A stretch of 64,000 bases of DNA, from contig CBFHOK010000001.1 in assembly GCA_965657575.1 (NCBI GenBank), positions 68,559 through 132,558 on the forward strand. The letters run 5' to 3'. Numbering within the stretch: the first letter of the stretch is position 1; each line of letters opens with the position of its first letter. Source of the DNA: Microbacteriaceae bacterium (lineage in GTDB: Bacteria > Actinomycetota > Actinomycetes > Actinomycetales > Microbacteriaceae). The notes beneath the pieces were generated by a model. That model ran no database searches. It was given only the letters and a program-made list of their open reading frames with translations, and was not told the origin of the DNA. A program made the translations under genes and the position numbers. Positions 45,378 to 57,438 of the stretch are shown here, piece by piece.

Positions 45378-46673
45378 TTGAAAATGCTATTTACAGAGAA
45401 GTTAACAAACTGGTGGTACAACCCAGACGATGTTTATTTATCTCTTTACGCATCCCTCTCAAACAGTTTTTATTTCGATCGCTCAAATAACGCTGAAGCC
45501 TATTCAATTATCGGTTCTGGTGAGGTCTTCGAATTTTCTTCTTTCGACGAACTTCAATTCGAGCAATCTGACGATGGTGCAGACCTTCCGTTCAGCTTCC
45601 GACCAGGGGTGGTTGTCGCGCTGAACTATGAAATGGGCCTTGCCCACATGGGAATAGGTTCTGGAGGTGTTTCGAAGGGCATAAAGGTTGATCGTGCGAT
45701 GGTTTTTGGTCATCAAGAAAGAGCCTGCTGGTTGGTTGGAAGTTTTTCAACCCAGAATGATTTCGATAACTGGAAGCACTCGGTGTTTTTGCGAATTGCT
45801 CTAACTGGCGGAGAATCTCTCAACTTGACTGGGGAGGTAAGCGCCAAACTTCGATCTTTGAATTCCGAACAGAGCTACCTGAGGGCAGTTGAGGAGTGCA
45901 GGAACCAGATTGAAAAGGGGCAGAGTTATCAACTGTGCTTGACCACTTCGTTGACTGGAACAATTAATGCCGATCCGAAAGAAGTCTTTTATCACCTAAA
46001 GAAAAGGCACCCAGCACCCTTTGCATCCATAATCGATTTCGGTGACACTCAACTCGTTTCTATTTCTCCAGAGTTGTTCTGCTCAATAAATAAAGGAGTT
46101 ATCAGGTCTTCTCCAATAAAAGGCACCCGACCGCGAAGCGATAATGAAAAACGGGATAGAGAAATCAGCCAAGAGCTTTTATCGAATGAGAAAGAGCGTG
46201 CCGAAAACCTGATGATTGTTGATCTGGTTAGAAATGATTTGACGAAAGTCAGTGAGCTAGATTCGGTGGTTACCGAGAAGCTATTTGAACTTCAAAGTTT
46301 TAGCAGTGTGCATCAACTTGTTTCAACCGTTTCAGCCAAGCTGCACGAGGACTATTCAGTCACCCAAGCAATACAAAGTCTTTTCCCTGCAGGTTCGATG
46401 ACCGGAGCACCGAAGCACTCAGCGGTGAGTTTTTTGAAAGACCTGGAGGTAACCGAAAGAGGTTTTTACTCCGGCGCTTTTGGCTGGATAGGTGGCAACG
46501 GAGATAGCGAGCTGGCAATGACCATTCGCAGCATTATTGTCTCTGAAGATCGGTGCTCAATTGGAGTTGGTGGAGGTATCACCTGGGGGAGTGACCCAAA
46601 ATCGGAGTATTTGGAGATGCAATTGAAAGCAAAAGCTCTGGTTGAGACCATTCGAGGTGATGTAACTTGGTAA
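45378..46673 (+). CDS. pabB: Aminodeoxychorismate synthase component I (chorismate-binding enzyme)
   Basis: SPELF, PIKGTRPR, ENLMIVDLVRNDL and FPAGSMTGAPK motifs. The start is TTG 45378 or ATG 45384. Confidence 0.8.
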   Translation: MKMLFTEKLTNWWYNPDDVYLSLYASLSNSFYFDRSNNAEAYSIIGSGEVFEFSSFDELQFEQSDDGADLPFSFRPGVVVALNYEMGLAHMGIGSGGVSKGIKVDRAMVFGHQERACWLVGSFSTQNDFDNWKHSVFLRIALTGGESLNLTGEVSAKLRSLNSEQSYLRAVEECRNQIEKGQSYQLCLTTSLTGTINADPKEVFYHLKKRHPAPFASIIDFGDTQLVSISPELFCSINKGVIRSSPIKGTRPRSDNEKRDREISQELLSNEKERAENLMIVDLVRNDLTKVSELDSVVTEKLFELQSFSSVHQLVSTVSAKLHEDYSVTQAIQSLFPAGSMTGAPKHSAVSFLKDLEVTERGFYSGAFGWIGGNGDSELAMTIRSIIVSEDRCSIGVGGGITWGSDPKSEYLEMQLKAKALVETIRGDVTW

Positions 46674-46699
46674 TCTTGTGTTGAACGGCAGAGGTTAGA

Positions 46700-49165
46700 T
46701 TGACCGAATCAGAATACGATTTTCAGAATATACAGGCTAAGTGGTTGCCCTATTGGCAACAGACTCAACCCTTCGACAGCTCCAAAAGCGATGATGCGCG
46801 TCCAAAGAAGTATGTATTGGACATGTTTCCCTATCCCAGTGGTGATCTTCACATGGGTCACGCTGAGGCCTATGCGCTTGGTGATGTGGTCAGCAGATAC
46901 TGGGTTCAAAGAGGCTTCAATGTCTTGCACCCAATAGGTTGGGACGCTTTTGGTCTACCAGCTGAGAACGCTGCCATCAAAAGAGGTCTGGATCCACGTC
47001 AGTGGACTTATGACAACATCGATCAGCAGCGCAGTTCAATGGAAAACTATGCCTGCAGTTTTGATTGGAACAGAGTTCTAAGAACCTGTGACCCGATTTA
47101 TTACAGATGGAACCAGTGGCTGTTCTTGGAGTTTTATAAAAAGGGACTGGCGTACCGTAAGAATTCGAATGTGAACTGGTGCCCTTCCTGCCAGACCGTT
47201 TTGGCAAATGAGCAGGTGGTTGCTGGGCTGTGTGAGCGTTGCGATACAGAAGTCACCAAAAAGGCTCTCACCCAGTGGTATTTCAAGGTCACCGACTATG
47301 CGGATAGATTGCTCGATGACTTAGACACCCTTGAAGGCAATTGGCCATCGAAGGTTCTTACCATGCAGCGAAACTGGATTGGTCGAAGCTATGGTGCGAA
47401 TGTAAAGTTCGTTGTCGAAGACAGGGAAGAGCCGATCGAGGTCTTCACGACCAGACCTGACACTTTATACGGTGCAACGTTTATGGTCGTTGCCGCTGAT
47501 AGCGAGTTGGCAGCTGAGCTTGCTGAAAAAGCAGATGATGACACCAAAAAGCAATTTGCTGAATATGTTGAGACCGTAAAGAAAACCAGTGATATCGACA
47601 GACTCTCCACCGACAGGGAGAAGTCTGGTGTTTTCTTGGGTAGGCATGCAATAAACCCGCTGAACGGGGAACGTTTGCCGATGTGGGCAAGTGATTATGT
47701 GCTCGCAGACTACGGAACAGGTGCCATCATGGCTGTTCCTGCCCATGATGAGCGCGACATGGAATTTGCTGTCAAGTTTGATTTGCCAATCCGCACGGTT
47801 GTTGACACAGGTGATGAAAATCCAGAAGTTTCGAAGGTTGCAACCGCAGGGGATGGAACACTAATCAACTCTGGTCCGCTTGATGGGCTTAGCAAGGCAG
47901 ATGCAATTTCAAGGGCAATTGAAATTTTGCATCAGCGCGGAACAGGCGAGAAAACCAAAACCTTTAGGTTGCGCGATTGGTTGATTTCAAGACAACGTTA
48001 CTGGGGAACACCAATCCCAATCATTCACTGCGATAGTTGTGGTGAAGTTCCGGTTGAACAAGATCAGCTGCCAGTCGAACTTCCTGACAGCAATGGTCTA
48101 GATCTCGCCCCCAAGGGGACTTCCCCCCTGGGTGGAGCTGAAGACTGGGTTAATGTCAGTTGCCCTAAATGTCAGGGACCTGCAAAACGTGACACCGACA
48201 CAATGGACACCTTCGTTGATTCCTCATGGTATTTCCTAAGATTTTTCTCACCACAAAGCGAAGAGTTTGCCTTCGACCCAGAGGGCGTAAAGCAATGGGG
48301 TGCAGTTGATCAGTATGTGGGTGGCGTAACCCATGCGATTTTGCACCTGCTCTACGCACGCTTTTTCACAAAGGTGCTTTTCGATTTGGGAATGCTTGAT
48401 TTTGAAGAGCCGTTCAAGCGGTTATTGAACCAGGGCATGGTGCTGATGGATGGTTCGGCTATGAGTAAATCAAGGGGGAACCTCGTCAAGCTCGGGGATC
48501 AGCTGGACGAGCACGGCGTAGATGCAATCCGAATCACCATGAGTTTTGCTGGCCCCCCAGAAGATGACATCGACTGGAAAGACGTCTCCCCACAAGCCTC
48601 AGCCAAGTTTTTGGCCAGAGCTTGGAGGATTGCCAAGGATGTTTCCGAGGCGGAGCAGTCAGGTGAAGCCGATAGGCAGGTGAGGGTTGCCACTCACAGC
48701 TTCTTGAATGACTTCGGGGCAAACATTGAAAACTTTAAATTCAATGTCGCGGTTGCAAAAACCATGGAGTTGGTCAACGCACTCAGAAAAGCTATTGATT
48801 CTGGTTGTGGAGCTACAAACCCTGCCGTTCGTGAGGGTGCTGAAGAATTAGCAAAGGGACTTAGTCTGTTTGCTCCTTATGTTGCTGAGGATATGTGGCA
48901 TATCTTGGGTTATGACACCCCAGTTGCGCATGCAGGTTTTGGGGAAGTTGAAAAAGATCTACTTGTGCAAGACAGTGTTGTTGCTGTTGCCCAGGTAAAT
49001 GGCAAGCTAAGAGACAAGTTTGAGGTTTCCGTTGACATTAGTGACGCAGATTTAGAGCAACTAGCAATGGATAGCGAGAATGTGAAAAGGGCGATTGCTG
49101 ATGGAGAGATTGTGAAGGTGATTGTGAAAGCCCCGAAGCTTGTCAACATTGCCGTCAAAAGCTAA
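46700..49165 (+). CDS. leuS: Leucine--tRNA ligase
   Basis: [10 protein letters not shown] (HIGH motif) and AMSKSRGN (KMSKS motif); 821 aa. Confidence 0.93.
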   Translation: MTESEYDFQNIQAKWLPYWQQTQPFDSSKSDDARPKKYVLDMFPYPSGDLHMGHAEAYALGDVVSRYWVQRGFNVLHPIGWDAFGLPAENAAIKRGLDPRQWTYDNIDQQRSSMENYACSFDWNRVLRTCDPIYYRWNQWLFLEFYKKGLAYRKNSNVNWCPSCQTVLANEQVVAGLCERCDTEVTKKALTQWYFKVTDYADRLLDDLDTLEGNWPSKVLTMQRNWIGRSYGANVKFVVEDREEPIEVFTTRPDTLYGATFMVVAADSELAAELAEKADDDTKKQFAEYVETVKKTSDIDRLSTDREKSGVFLGRHAINPLNGERLPMWASDYVLADYGTGAIMAVPAHDERDMEFAVKFDLPIRTVVDTGDENPEVSKVATAGDGTLINSGPLDGLSKADAISRAIEILHQRGTGEKTKTFRLRDWLISRQRYWGTPIPIIHCDSCGEVPVEQDQLPVELPDSNGLDLAPKGTSPLGGAEDWVNVSCPKCQGPAKRDTDTMDTFVDSSWYFLRFFSPQSEEFAFDPEGVKQWGAVDQYVGGVTHAILHLLYARFFTKVLFDLGMLDFEEPFKRLLNQGMVLMDGSAMSKSRGNLVKLGDQLDEHGVDAIRITMSFAGPPEDDIDWKDVSPQASAKFLARAWRIAKDVSEAEQSGEADRQVRVATHSFLNDFGANIENFKFNVAVAKTMELVNALRKAIDSGCGATNPAVREGAEELAKGLSLFAPYVAEDMWHILGYDTPVAHAGFGEVEKDLLVQDSVVAVAQVNGKLRDKFEVSVDISDADLEQLAMDSENVKRAIADGEIVKVIVKAPKLVNIAVKS

Positions 49166-49227
49166 CTCTTTCCACATTTCCAACGCCTAGCTAAATTTCG
49201 TAGGCAAAAGACTTTAGTTTTGCATGC

Positions 49228-49788
49228 ATGGAAATCCTTGATCGGATAAAGACGCTTGCGCAATCTGTCAACAAAGTGACCATTGTCAGTGTCGTTGCCG
49301 GAATAGCGCTCTTGGTTTGGCTTTTATGGCCACGGGTTGAACCTGAAGATATTTCCTTTGAGGAATCAGGGACTCGCGTGATGAGGCAGTCTGAAATAAG
49401 CATTCACGTTGTTGGAGAGGTTCTCAGTCCCGGGCTTTATCAACTTCCGATAGGCAGTCGAGTTAGCGATTTAGTAGAGATGGCTGGCGGGGTTAGTGAA
49501 AACGCAAGTATGTCCAGTGTGAACCTTGCGAGGATTCTGGTCGATGGAGAACAGGTGATTGTCAAAAGCTCGGTTGAATTTCAGCAAGAGCTGGATTCGA
49601 AAATTAGCATCAATGACGCGAGCGCGGATCAACTGGATGAAATACCCGGAGTCGGACCTTCTATTGCTTCGAAGATAATTGATCACCGTGAGAAAAATGG
49701 TCCGTTTAGCTCTTTGCGGCAACTTACGGAAGTCAGCGGTATCGGGCCCAAAATGTTTGAAAATATAAAAGATCTGATTCGACTTTGA
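49228..49788 (+). CDS. comEA: ComEA family DNA-binding protein
   Basis: N-terminal TM helix, an SLBB-like region, and a C-terminal double helix-hairpin-helix (LDEIPGVGPSIASKII...VSGIGPKMF). Confidence 0.8.
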   Translation: MEILDRIKTLAQSVNKVTIVSVVAGIALLVWLLWPRVEPEDISFEESGTRVMRQSEISIHVVGEVLSPGLYQLPIGSRVSDLVEMAGGVSENASMSSVNLARILVDGEQVIVKSSVEFQQELDSKISINDASADQLDEIPGVGPSIASKIIDHREKNGPFSSLRQLTEVSGIGPKMFENIKDLIRL

Positions 49789-52007
49789 TTGTTTTGGCAG
49801 GCGGACTCTGGCTAGCCAGATTGGTTGAAATTCTAATCGCCCCGCTGTTTGGGGTTCTGGCTTTGTTGATTGTTTTGCTAGCGGTCTGGATGCAGGAGAA
49901 TAGGCTTCTTCGCTTTGCTTTGGTTTCTGTGGTCGTGGCACTAGCAATCTCAGCTATCCAAATTTGGAGCGTTGAACAGAGCTCTGAAAGCAAAGCTATT
50001 CAGAATCAACTGTCACTCGAAGGCCAATTCACCGTTCAAAGCGATAGCGCGGCATTTGGATCCGGCTATAGAACCTGGATTGAATTCTCCGCCAATGATT
50101 TCAGCCCAACCATCGGTTCACTGATTGATGATGAGGGGGGTTATAAATGGGGCGAAAGTTACTCAGCAACTCTTTCCTTGGAACCAAACTGGATGAACGG
50201 ACGAGGGCATTTCATTGCCAACGCGAGCTCACCTCCAGTTTTGATTGACAATCCTGGCTTCATCGAATCAATTATTGGTCAGATACGAGCTAGTTTTCTA
50301 GCCTCACTTGATGGTGTGAGCGCTGATAGCAAGGGATTGGTTGCAGGTCTTGCAGTTGGTGAGCGAACTTTATTGTCTGAGGAGACCAGTGAGAACATGC
50401 GCAGGGTTGCTCTGACCCACCTAGTTGCGGTTTCAGGAGCTAATTGCGCAATTGTGTTGGCAAGCGTTTATTTCGGCCTTGGTCTTCTGAGGGCGCCAAG
50501 AAGGATGCGCTTTATTGCAGCCCTTGCTTCCCTGGTTATCTATGTTCTAGTTGTTGGCTTCGAGCCAAGTGTTTTGCGAGCGGGTTTTATGGCGGCAACG
50601 GTGATTTTGGCTATGTGGTTGGGTAGAGGAGTCGCGCCCTTGAGAGCGCTTGCTCTATCAATGCTGGTGCTTTTGACATTTGACCCCTGGTTGGCAACCG
50701 ATTTCGCCTTCGCGCTCAGTGTTTTTTCAACACTTGGCATATTGGTTTTGGCTCCTGCAATTTATGAGCGACTCTCGATGGTGCCAAAACCGCTGGCGGT
50801 TGGTTTGGCCGTGAGTTTCTCGGCGCAGCTCTATTGCATTCCGGTAATGCTTATGTTGCAACCCGAATTACCTCTTTTGGGTGTACTGGCAAACATCTTG
50901 GCTGAGCCAATGGTTGCACCAGTAACAGTGTTAGGTATAACAGCGGTGTTTTTATCACCGTTTTTGCCTGCGGTTAGTTCGCTTTTGAGCTTTATTGCAA
51001 GCTTGGGAACCTGGTGGATTGCTTTGGTGGCAAATCGCCTAGGTTCCCTTCCGCAGGCTACTCTTCCTTGGCCTAATGACTTTCTCGGGCTTTCTCTGGC
51101 GGTTTTGATGGCGCTGACTATCACCTTGAGTGTGCTGTCTCGGCGTCATCGAATGCTTGGGCTTTCAACAACCTCAATTATGGTTCTGGGTTCAGTATTT
51201 GGTTACGCCGAGAATCAGCTACGAATTCAGCAATTCGCCAGTCAGTCGCCGGAGATTGTGAACTGCGATGTTGGTCAGGGGGATGCATTGTTGATTCGCT
51301 CGCAAGGGCAAACGATGTTGATAGATGTTGGTCGCGATGCAGCCTTGATATCAAAGTGTCTTCAAGATAACGAGGTCTCCAGAATCGATTTGCTGGTGCT
51401 TAGTCATTACGACTATGACCATGTTGGCGGAATAGAGGGTTTAGAGAGTATTGAGATCGAAAAGGTATTGGTTTCAGGTTTCGATGACACTCGTGATGCG
51501 GTGAGGATGGTTGATGACTTTTTAGCACAGGGTTCCACCGTGGTGGCTGCTGGCTACCGGGGTATGACTGGTGATTTCGGATCTGGGTTTTGGGAGATTG
51601 TGTCACCAACAGCAAACGCTGCAGGGGCACTAAACGCCAACGACGCCTCGCTTGTTATGTTGCTAACGCTTCCAAACATGCAAGTGCTGGCACTTGGGGA
51701 CATCGGCGAGGACATTCAGGAAAGGATTCTGAATCAGGGTCTTATCGGGCGGATCGACGAGCGGAAACCGCTAATACTAAAGGTAAGTCATCATGGTTCC
51801 GCCGATCAAAGTCTCGCCCTTCATCAAAACCTAGCCCCTGAGGTTTCAATCATTTCAGTTGGCGAGAATAGCTATGGTCACCCAGATCCGCGACTAATCT
51901 CACAACTACGCTCGCTCGGATCGAAGGTTTTGAGGACGGATCAGAGTGGAATGATAGGCATTCAGAGCGAGCCTGAGCTGGAAGTTTTTGCCACGGGTAA
52001 ACTTTGA
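49785..52007 (+). CDS. comEC: ComEC/Rec2 family DNA internalisation protein with an MBL-fold domain
   Basis: Polytopic competence domain plus a metallo-beta-lactamase region (CDVGQGDALLI, SHYDYDHVGG, SHHGS). Confidence 0.85.
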   Translation: MIVLAGGLWLARLVEILIAPLFGVLALLIVLLAVWMQENRLLRFALVSVVVALAISAIQIWSVEQSSESKAIQNQLSLEGQFTVQSDSAAFGSGYRTWIEFSANDFSPTIGSLIDDEGGYKWGESYSATLSLEPNWMNGRGHFIANASSPPVLIDNPGFIESIIGQIRASFLASLDGVSADSKGLVAGLAVGERTLLSEETSENMRRVALTHLVAVSGANCAIVLASVYFGLGLLRAPRRMRFIAALASLVIYVLVVGFEPSVLRAGFMAATVILAMWLGRGVAPLRALALSMLVLLTFDPWLATDFAFALSVFSTLGILVLAPAIYERLSMVPKPLAVGLAVSFSAQLYCIPVMLMLQPELPLLGVLANILAEPMVAPVTVLGITAVFLSPFLPAVSSLLSFIASLGTWWIALVANRLGSLPQATLPWPNDFLGLSLAVLMALTITLSVLSRRHRMLGLSTTSIMVLGSVFGYAENQLRIQQFASQSPEIVNCDVGQGDALLIRSQGQTMLIDVGRDAALISKCLQDNEVSRIDLLVLSHYDYDHVGGIEGLESIEIEKVLVSGFDDTRDAVRMVDDFLAQGSTVVAAGYRGMTGDFGSGFWEIVSPTANAAGALNANDASLVMLLTLPNMQVLALGDIGEDIQERILNQGLIGRIDERKPLILKVSHHGSADQSLALHQNLAPEVSIISVGENSYGHPDPRLISQLRSLGSKVLRTDQSGMIGIQSEPELEVFATGKL

Positions 52008-52951
52008 TGGTGGCTAAGGTGAGTTTTAGAAATGCAAGCGTGCAGCCGTTGACGCTTCTTATTGGGGCCAACGACTATCTTGCTGCTCGTGGTTTCGGAG
52101 TTATCCGTTCTGCGGTGCATGAAAAGTTTCCAGAAACTGAGCAGCACACCATCGAGGAAAGCTACCAGGCTGGTCAACTCATGAGTCTTGCAAGTCCATC
52201 CCTGTTTAGCGAGCCAAGAATCATCTACATCCAATCACCTAACCAACAATTGCTGGATGACCTAAAAAGGTTTATTGATGATCCCGCGGATATGACCTTC
52301 GTCGCCATCAGAATTCAGGGACAGTCTTCTGTGAACAAAGAGCTGATGAAATTACAAGCACAACAAATTGATTGTGATGATCTCAAGAGAGAGCCAGACC
52401 GGCAAGCGTTCTTGCAAGCCGAGATAAGGCAACACGGGAAGTCAATGGCGGCTGATGCGCAGAGGTTACTTTTGCAAACATTTGGTGGCGACTTGGCTGA
52501 GCTGGCAGCGGCCTGCTCTCAGCTTGCGCAAACTGACAGGGATGAGATTGACTTTGAGCAAGTCGACTCACTTTTCGGTGGTCGTGAACAAACAACCGCC
52601 TTCAAAGTTGTTGATGCCGCCTTTGCAGGTGATCTTTCTTCGGCGCTTAGGTTACTCAGAAATGCAAGAGATACAGGCATCGATCCAGTGCCGTTAGTCG
52701 CCACGATCGCCATGAGGGCCAGACAGCTTGCAAAACTAATATCTTCACCATCTGCTCCAGCCTCGGATATTGGTGTCGCAGACTGGCAGCTTCGGAAGCT
52801 TAGAAATGAGTTGGCTGGATGGAGCGAGGGCGGATTGGAGTCTTTGATAAGACTTATCGCGCATACCGATGAAATGGTAAAGGGTGGCTCTCGCCACCCT
52901 GATTACGACCTTGAAAGACTGCTGATAGCAGTCAGTGAAAAAACTAGCTGA
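52004..52951 (+). CDS. holA: DNA polymerase III subunit delta
   Basis: The size and the conserved comEC-holA-rpsT-lepA context support the call. Sequence similarity is modest as judged by eye. Confidence 0.75.
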   Translation: MMVAKVSFRNASVQPLTLLIGANDYLAARGFGVIRSAVHEKFPETEQHTIEESYQAGQLMSLASPSLFSEPRIIYIQSPNQQLLDDLKRFIDDPADMTFVAIRIQGQSSVNKELMKLQAQQIDCDDLKREPDRQAFLQAEIRQHGKSMAADAQRLLLQTFGGDLAELAAACSQLAQTDRDEIDFEQVDSLFGGREQTTAFKVVDAAFAGDLSSALRLLRNARDTGIDPVPLVATIAMRARQLAKLISSPSAPASDIGVADWQLRKLRNELAGWSEGGLESLIRLIAHTDEMVKGGSRHPDYDLERLLIAVSEKTS

Positions 52952-53207
52952 GCTTTGCAAGCTTTGTTGCGATTGCGCTTTTTTTGTTAGCAGCCTGGTT
53001 TTTGTGAATAACACCTTTGCTAACAGCTTTGTCTAGCTTCTTTGAAGCAAGCTTTACGGTTTCTTCGGCACGAGCCTTGTCACCTGCTGTGATGGCTTCT
53101 CTGGCCGCACGGATAGCTGTCTTCATTTCGCTACGCACTGCATTGTTGCGCTCCTGAGCCTTGCGGTTGGTTCCGATGCGCTTGATCTTTGACTTAATGT
53201 TTGCCAT
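52944..53207 (-). CDS. rpsT: 30S ribosomal protein S20
   Basis: [21 protein letters not shown]... Confidence 0.93.
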   Translation of the reverse strand: MANIKSKIKRIGTNRKAQERNNAVRSEMKTAIRAAREAITAGDKARAEETVKLASKKLDKAVSKGVIHKNQAANKKSAIATKLAKLS

Positions 53208-53342
53208 TAGTAACTTTCTAAATCTATGTCTGCTTTGGACAAAGCTAAAGACTACCAGCTAATGGAATGCAAACTCAAGAGATATGAGTTAACTATGCGA
53301 GAATATAGTTTCTAAACATTCACAGACAGGTTGATGATTTAA

Positions 53343-55163
53343 GTGGACTCTCCCGCACCCAACATGCGCAATTTCTGCATCATTGCCCACATCGACCACG
53401 GCAAATCAACCCTTGCGGACCGAATGCTGCAGCTAACCGGAATAGTAAATGACCGCCAAATGCGTGATCAATATTTGGATCGAATGGACCTTGAGCGTGA
53501 ACGAGGAATCACGATCAAAAGCCAAGCTGTCAGATTGCCTTGGAAAATAGGCGAGCAAGATTATGTGTTGAACATGATTGACACCCCGGGTCACGTTGAT
53601 TTTAGTTACGAGGTTTCTAGGTCTCTGGCAGCTTGTGAGGGGGCAGTCTTGCTAGTTGATGCAGCTCAGGGAATCGAAGCGCAAACCCTTGCAAACCTCT
53701 ATCTGGCAATGGAAAACGACTTGGAAATCATCCCTGTTTTGAACAAAATAGATCTCCCCGCTGCCCAACCAGAAAAATATGCCGAAGAGCTGGCAGGGCT
53801 AATTGGTTGCGGTGTTGACGATATTCTGCAGGTTTCAGGAAAAACCGGTCAGGGAGTTCCTGAACTACTGGACAGGTTGGTCAGAGACATACCTGCTCCC
53901 ACTGGAGTGTTAGACGCTGCCCCCAGAGCAATGATTTTTGACAGTGTTTACGATGCATACCGAGGCGTGATTACCTACGTTCGCATGGTAGACGGAAGCA
54001 TTTCATCGCGCGAAAAGATCAAGATGATGTCAACTGGCGCGGTTCACGAACTTTTGGAGATCGGTGTTAGCTCACCTGAGCCAACACCTTCCAAAACACT
54101 TTCTGCCGGTGAGGTTGGATATCTGATTACTGGGGTGAAGGACGTTCGTCAATCAAAAGTCGGCGACACTGTCACCAGCAAGGACAACACCGCAAGTGAA
54201 TCACTCAAGGGCTATGTTGAGCCAAAACCTATGGTTTTTAGCGGTATCTACCCTATCGATGGCGGGGATTACCCAGCCCTGAGGGAGGCTCTAGACAAGC
54301 TCAGGCTTAGTGACGCTGCACTGGTGTACGAACCAGAGACATCGGTAGCTTTGGGGTTTGGCTTTAGGTGTGGGTTTTTGGGGCTTTTGCACCTTGAAAT
54401 TATTACCGAGAGACTTGAGCGCGAGTTTGACCTGGGGTTGATTGCCACCAGCCCCTCGGTGGTTTATCGGGTAACCATGGAAGATGGCTCCGAACACACT
54501 GTGACCAACCCCAGCGAGTTCCCAACGGGCAAAATCAAAGAGGTTTTGGAGCCAGTGGTAAACGCAACAATTTTGACCCCTAGGGACTATGTCGGAACAA
54601 TCATGGAACTCTGTCAAACCAGACGGGGAAGCATGATTGATATGCAGTATCTAAGTGAAGATCGTGTGCAGCTTCGATACAAGCTTCCACTTGCTGAGAT
54701 TGTTTTTGACTTCTTCGACCAGCTAAAGAGCAAAACACAGGGCTATGCATCCCTGGATTACGAAGAGTCCGGCCTGCAGGCAAGCGATCTAGTAAAGGTC
54801 GATCTGCTATTGCAAGGCGATCAGGTCGATGCATTTAGTGCGATTGTGCATAAAGACAAGGCTTATGCTCACGGCGTTTCAATTACCGCCAAGCTCAGAG
54901 AGTTGATACCGAGACAGCAGTTTGAAGTTCCAATTCAGGCAGCCGTTGGCTCAAGAATCATTGCCAGGGAATCCATCAGGGCTATGCGCAAAGACGTTTT
55001 GGCAAAGTGCTACGGAGGAGACATCACCAGAAAGCGCAAGCTGCTGGAGAAGCAAAAAGAGGGTAAGCGCCGAATGAAGATGGTTGGAAAAGTCGAGGTT
55101 CCGCAAGAGGCTTTCATTGCTGCCCTCAGCTCAGATGGCAGTAAAGCCGAAAAGAAAAAGTAG
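53343..55163 (+). CDS. lepA: Elongation factor 4
   Basis: [25 protein letters not shown], and a C-terminal LepA domain. Confidence 0.95.
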   Translation: MDSPAPNMRNFCIIAHIDHGKSTLADRMLQLTGIVNDRQMRDQYLDRMDLERERGITIKSQAVRLPWKIGEQDYVLNMIDTPGHVDFSYEVSRSLAACEGAVLLVDAAQGIEAQTLANLYLAMENDLEIIPVLNKIDLPAAQPEKYAEELAGLIGCGVDDILQVSGKTGQGVPELLDRLVRDIPAPTGVLDAAPRAMIFDSVYDAYRGVITYVRMVDGSISSREKIKMMSTGAVHELLEIGVSSPEPTPSKTLSAGEVGYLITGVKDVRQSKVGDTVTSKDNTASESLKGYVEPKPMVFSGIYPIDGGDYPALREALDKLRLSDAALVYEPETSVALGFGFRCGFLGLLHLEIITERLEREFDLGLIATSPSVVYRVTMEDGSEHTVTNPSEFPTGKIKEVLEPVVNATILTPRDYVGTIMELCQTRRGSMIDMQYLSEDRVQLRYKLPLAEIVFDFFDQLKSKTQGYASLDYEESGLQASDLVKVDLLLQGDQVDAFSAIVHKDKAYAHGVSITAKLRELIPRQQFEVPIQAAVGSRIIARESIRAMRKDVLAKCYGGDITRKRKLLEKQKEGKRRMKMVGKVEVPQEAFIAALSSDGSKAEKKK

Positions 55164-55165
55164 TT

Positions 55166-56377
55166 ATGCCCGGGGCTTTGCCAGTGGGGCTTGCATGGAA
55201 TGGACAGTTTCCTAGCTTCAATGACTTTCAAGAATCTAAGTCATGGCATGCCTACGTTCACATTCCTTTTTGCGAAGTGAGATGCGGGTATTGCGATTTC
55301 AATACCTACACCTCCGATGAGGTTCAGGGCGTAAAGAGATCTGAGTTTGAGCACTCGCTGTCAACAGAAATAAACACCGCAAGCACTTATCTTCAACAGG
55401 CGAAGGTCGAATCAAAGCCATTTTCAACAGTGTTTTTCGGTGGTGGTACACCAAGCCTTTTTAGAGTGGATCAAATAGAACGTGTCATCAAGGAGCTCAG
55501 TAAGAGTTTCGGGATTGTGCCAAACGCCGAGATAACTATGGAGCTCAACCCTGACACAGTTGACCAACAGTATTTGAATTCAGTTGCCGACCTTGGAATT
55601 ACAAGAGTAAGCATTGGGGCGCAAAGCTTTGACCCAGAGGTGCTGGCGGTCTTAGATAGAACACATAATCCTGAGAACGTTGAAGCGGCTGTTAGCTTCG
55701 CAAGAAACGCAGGTTTGCAGGTCTCAATCGATTTGATTTATGGCGCACCCGGCGAATCGCTTGCAAGCTGGGAAGATTCGCTGGACAAGGCTCTATCGAT
55801 GAACCCGGATCATTTGAGCGCCTACGCTCTGATTGTTGAGGCAGGAACTAAGTTGGCAAGGCAAATTTCAAAGGGTGTCTATTCTGAACCGGATGATGAC
55901 CTGATGGCTGATAAGTATCAACTTTTGGATGAAATGACGTCCAAGAGGGGGCTCAATTGGTACGAGCTTTCCAATTTCAGCTCTGGCAAGAGCACTCAGT
56001 CCCAACACAACTTGGCCTACTGGAAATCCAACTATTGGTACGGGTTTGGTCCTGGAGCGCATTCATTTATAGGGGACATGAGGTTTTGGAACAGAAAGCA
56101 CCCCTCTGCCTACGCTGACTCTTTGAGTGAGAATCTGCCAATACAGGCCTATGAAAAGATTGAAAAGAATCAACACTTTCAAGAGCGACTGCTGTTAGAG
56201 ATAAGGCTGGCAGAGGGGGTGCACGTTGAGCTGCTAAACCAAATTGGCGTCAGTCGGGAACTTATTAGTGAACAGCTTGAATATGGGTATCTGCAAGTAA
56301 TTCATGACCGGTATGTGTTGACCCTGAAGGGTAGGCAGATGGCCGATCGAGTGGTGTTAAATCTTCTAAATGATTGA
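55166..56377 (+). CDS. hemW: Radical SAM heme chaperone HemW (HemN-like)
   Basis: CEVRCGYCDFNTY (CxxxCxxC motif), in the conserved position after lepA. Confidence 0.88.
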   Translation: MPGALPVGLAWNGQFPSFNDFQESKSWHAYVHIPFCEVRCGYCDFNTYTSDEVQGVKRSEFEHSLSTEINTASTYLQQAKVESKPFSTVFFGGGTPSLFRVDQIERVIKELSKSFGIVPNAEITMELNPDTVDQQYLNSVADLGITRVSIGAQSFDPEVLAVLDRTHNPENVEAAVSFARNAGLQVSIDLIYGAPGESLASWEDSLDKALSMNPDHLSAYALIVEAGTKLARQISKGVYSEPDDDLMADKYQLLDEMTSKRGLNWYELSNFSSGKSTQSQHNLAYWKSNYWYGFGPGAHSFIGDMRFWNRKHPSAYADSLSENLPIQAYEKIEKNQHFQERLLLEIRLAEGVHVELLNQIGVSRELISEQLEYGYLQVIHDRYVLTLKGRQMADRVVLNLLND

Positions 56378-56391
56378 AGAGTTGATTACAA

Positions 56392-56418
56392 TTGGCACTC
56401 AAGATTGGAGAGTGCTAG
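56392..56418. promoter_or_regulatory. CIRCE element (HrcA operator)
   Basis: TTGGCACTC-N9-GAGTGCTAG compared with the consensus TTAGCACTC-N9-GAGTGCTAA. It ends 3 nt before the hrcA ATG. Confidence 0.8.
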
Positions 56419-56421
56419 CGA

Positions 56422-57438
56422 ATGATTCCTGAGAGATCGCTTGAGGTTTTGCGGGCAATTGTCGAAGACTACGTCCAAACAAACCAGCCGGTTGGGTCAA
56501 AGTCTCTTCTTGACAGGCACCCGCTTGGTGTAAGTGCCGCGACGATTAGAAATGACATGGCTTTATTAGAGGAAGAGGAGCTAATTGTTGCCCCTCACAC
56601 CTCAAGTGGCAGGATTCCAACTGATAAGGGTTACAGATTGTTTGTTGAGCAAATCAGAAACCTGAGCTCAATCAGCAAACCTGAGAAAAAAGCCATCGAA
56701 TCATTCTTGGAAGAACAGCTCAGTATCGAAGACCTATTGCAGCAGAGCGCTCGAACCCTAAGCCAGCTAACAAATTCATTAGCGTTGATTTCCTATCCAT
56801 CTTTTGGAGGGAGTTACATTCGCCATATCGAACTGATTCCCATAAACGAAACCAGGGTTTTGGTGATGATGATCTCGAGCTCCGGACAAATCCAGCAAGA
56901 GGTCTCAGCTTTAGAGCAGGAAATTAGCGAAGAGCTTTTGCAGGATGTTCGTGGACGACTCAATGGACAACTATCTGGTCAACCGCTGAGCGAGGTCAGT
57001 GGTCGGGGAGAAGACATGCTTCAGGATTTGAGCGAGGCGGCAAAAAAGCAAACCAAGCCGATTATCCAGACTTTGCAATCTCTGGTTGACGAAAACCGCC
57101 AAGAAAAAGTTGCCGTTAGCGGTGCTGCAAATTTGGTTCGATCCGAGGCTGATTTTGAGGGCTTCGCTCCATTGCTGGAAATGATGGAGGAGCAGGTAGT
57201 GCTGATGAAGCTGCTGAGGGAAATAGAACTGGAACGTGATGGTTTAGGGGTGTCGATTGGGTCAGAAAACACCCAGCAGGGACTCACCGGAGCAAGTGTT
57301 TTGATAGGTGAGTATGGTGAGGGGCAGAACGCAGCAAGAGTTGGTATTCTCGGTCCAACTCGAATGAACTATCGAGGGAACATTGCTTCTCTGCGAGCTG
57401 TTGCAAGATATCTGAGTAAGTCAGTGAACGGAAATTAA
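56422..57438 (+). CDS. hrcA: Heat-inducible transcription repressor HrcA
   Basis: RSLEVLRAIVEDYVQTNQPVGSKSL N-terminal winged-helix region. Confidence 0.92.
   Translation: MIPERSLEVLRAIVEDYVQTNQPVGSKSLLDRHPLGVSAATIRNDMALLEEEELIVAPHTSSGRIPTDKGYRLFVEQIRNLSSISKPEKKAIESFLEEQLSIEDLLQQSARTLSQLTNSLALISYPSFGGSYIRHIELIPINETRVLVMMISSSGQIQQEVSALEQEISEELLQDVRGRLNGQLSGQPLSEVSGRGEDMLQDLSEAAKKQTKPIIQTLQSLVDENRQEKVAVSGAANLVRSEADFEGFAPLLEMMEEQVVLMKLLREIELERDGLGVSIGSENTQQGLTGASVLIGEYGEGQNAARVGILGPTRMNYRGNIASLRAVARYLSKSVNGN

Noticed and set aside
53226-53315. 29-codon ORF in the rpsT-lepA intergenic region
   Set aside because: It has no RBS and no leaderless-type promoter geometry. The region is more simply explained as divergent promoters.
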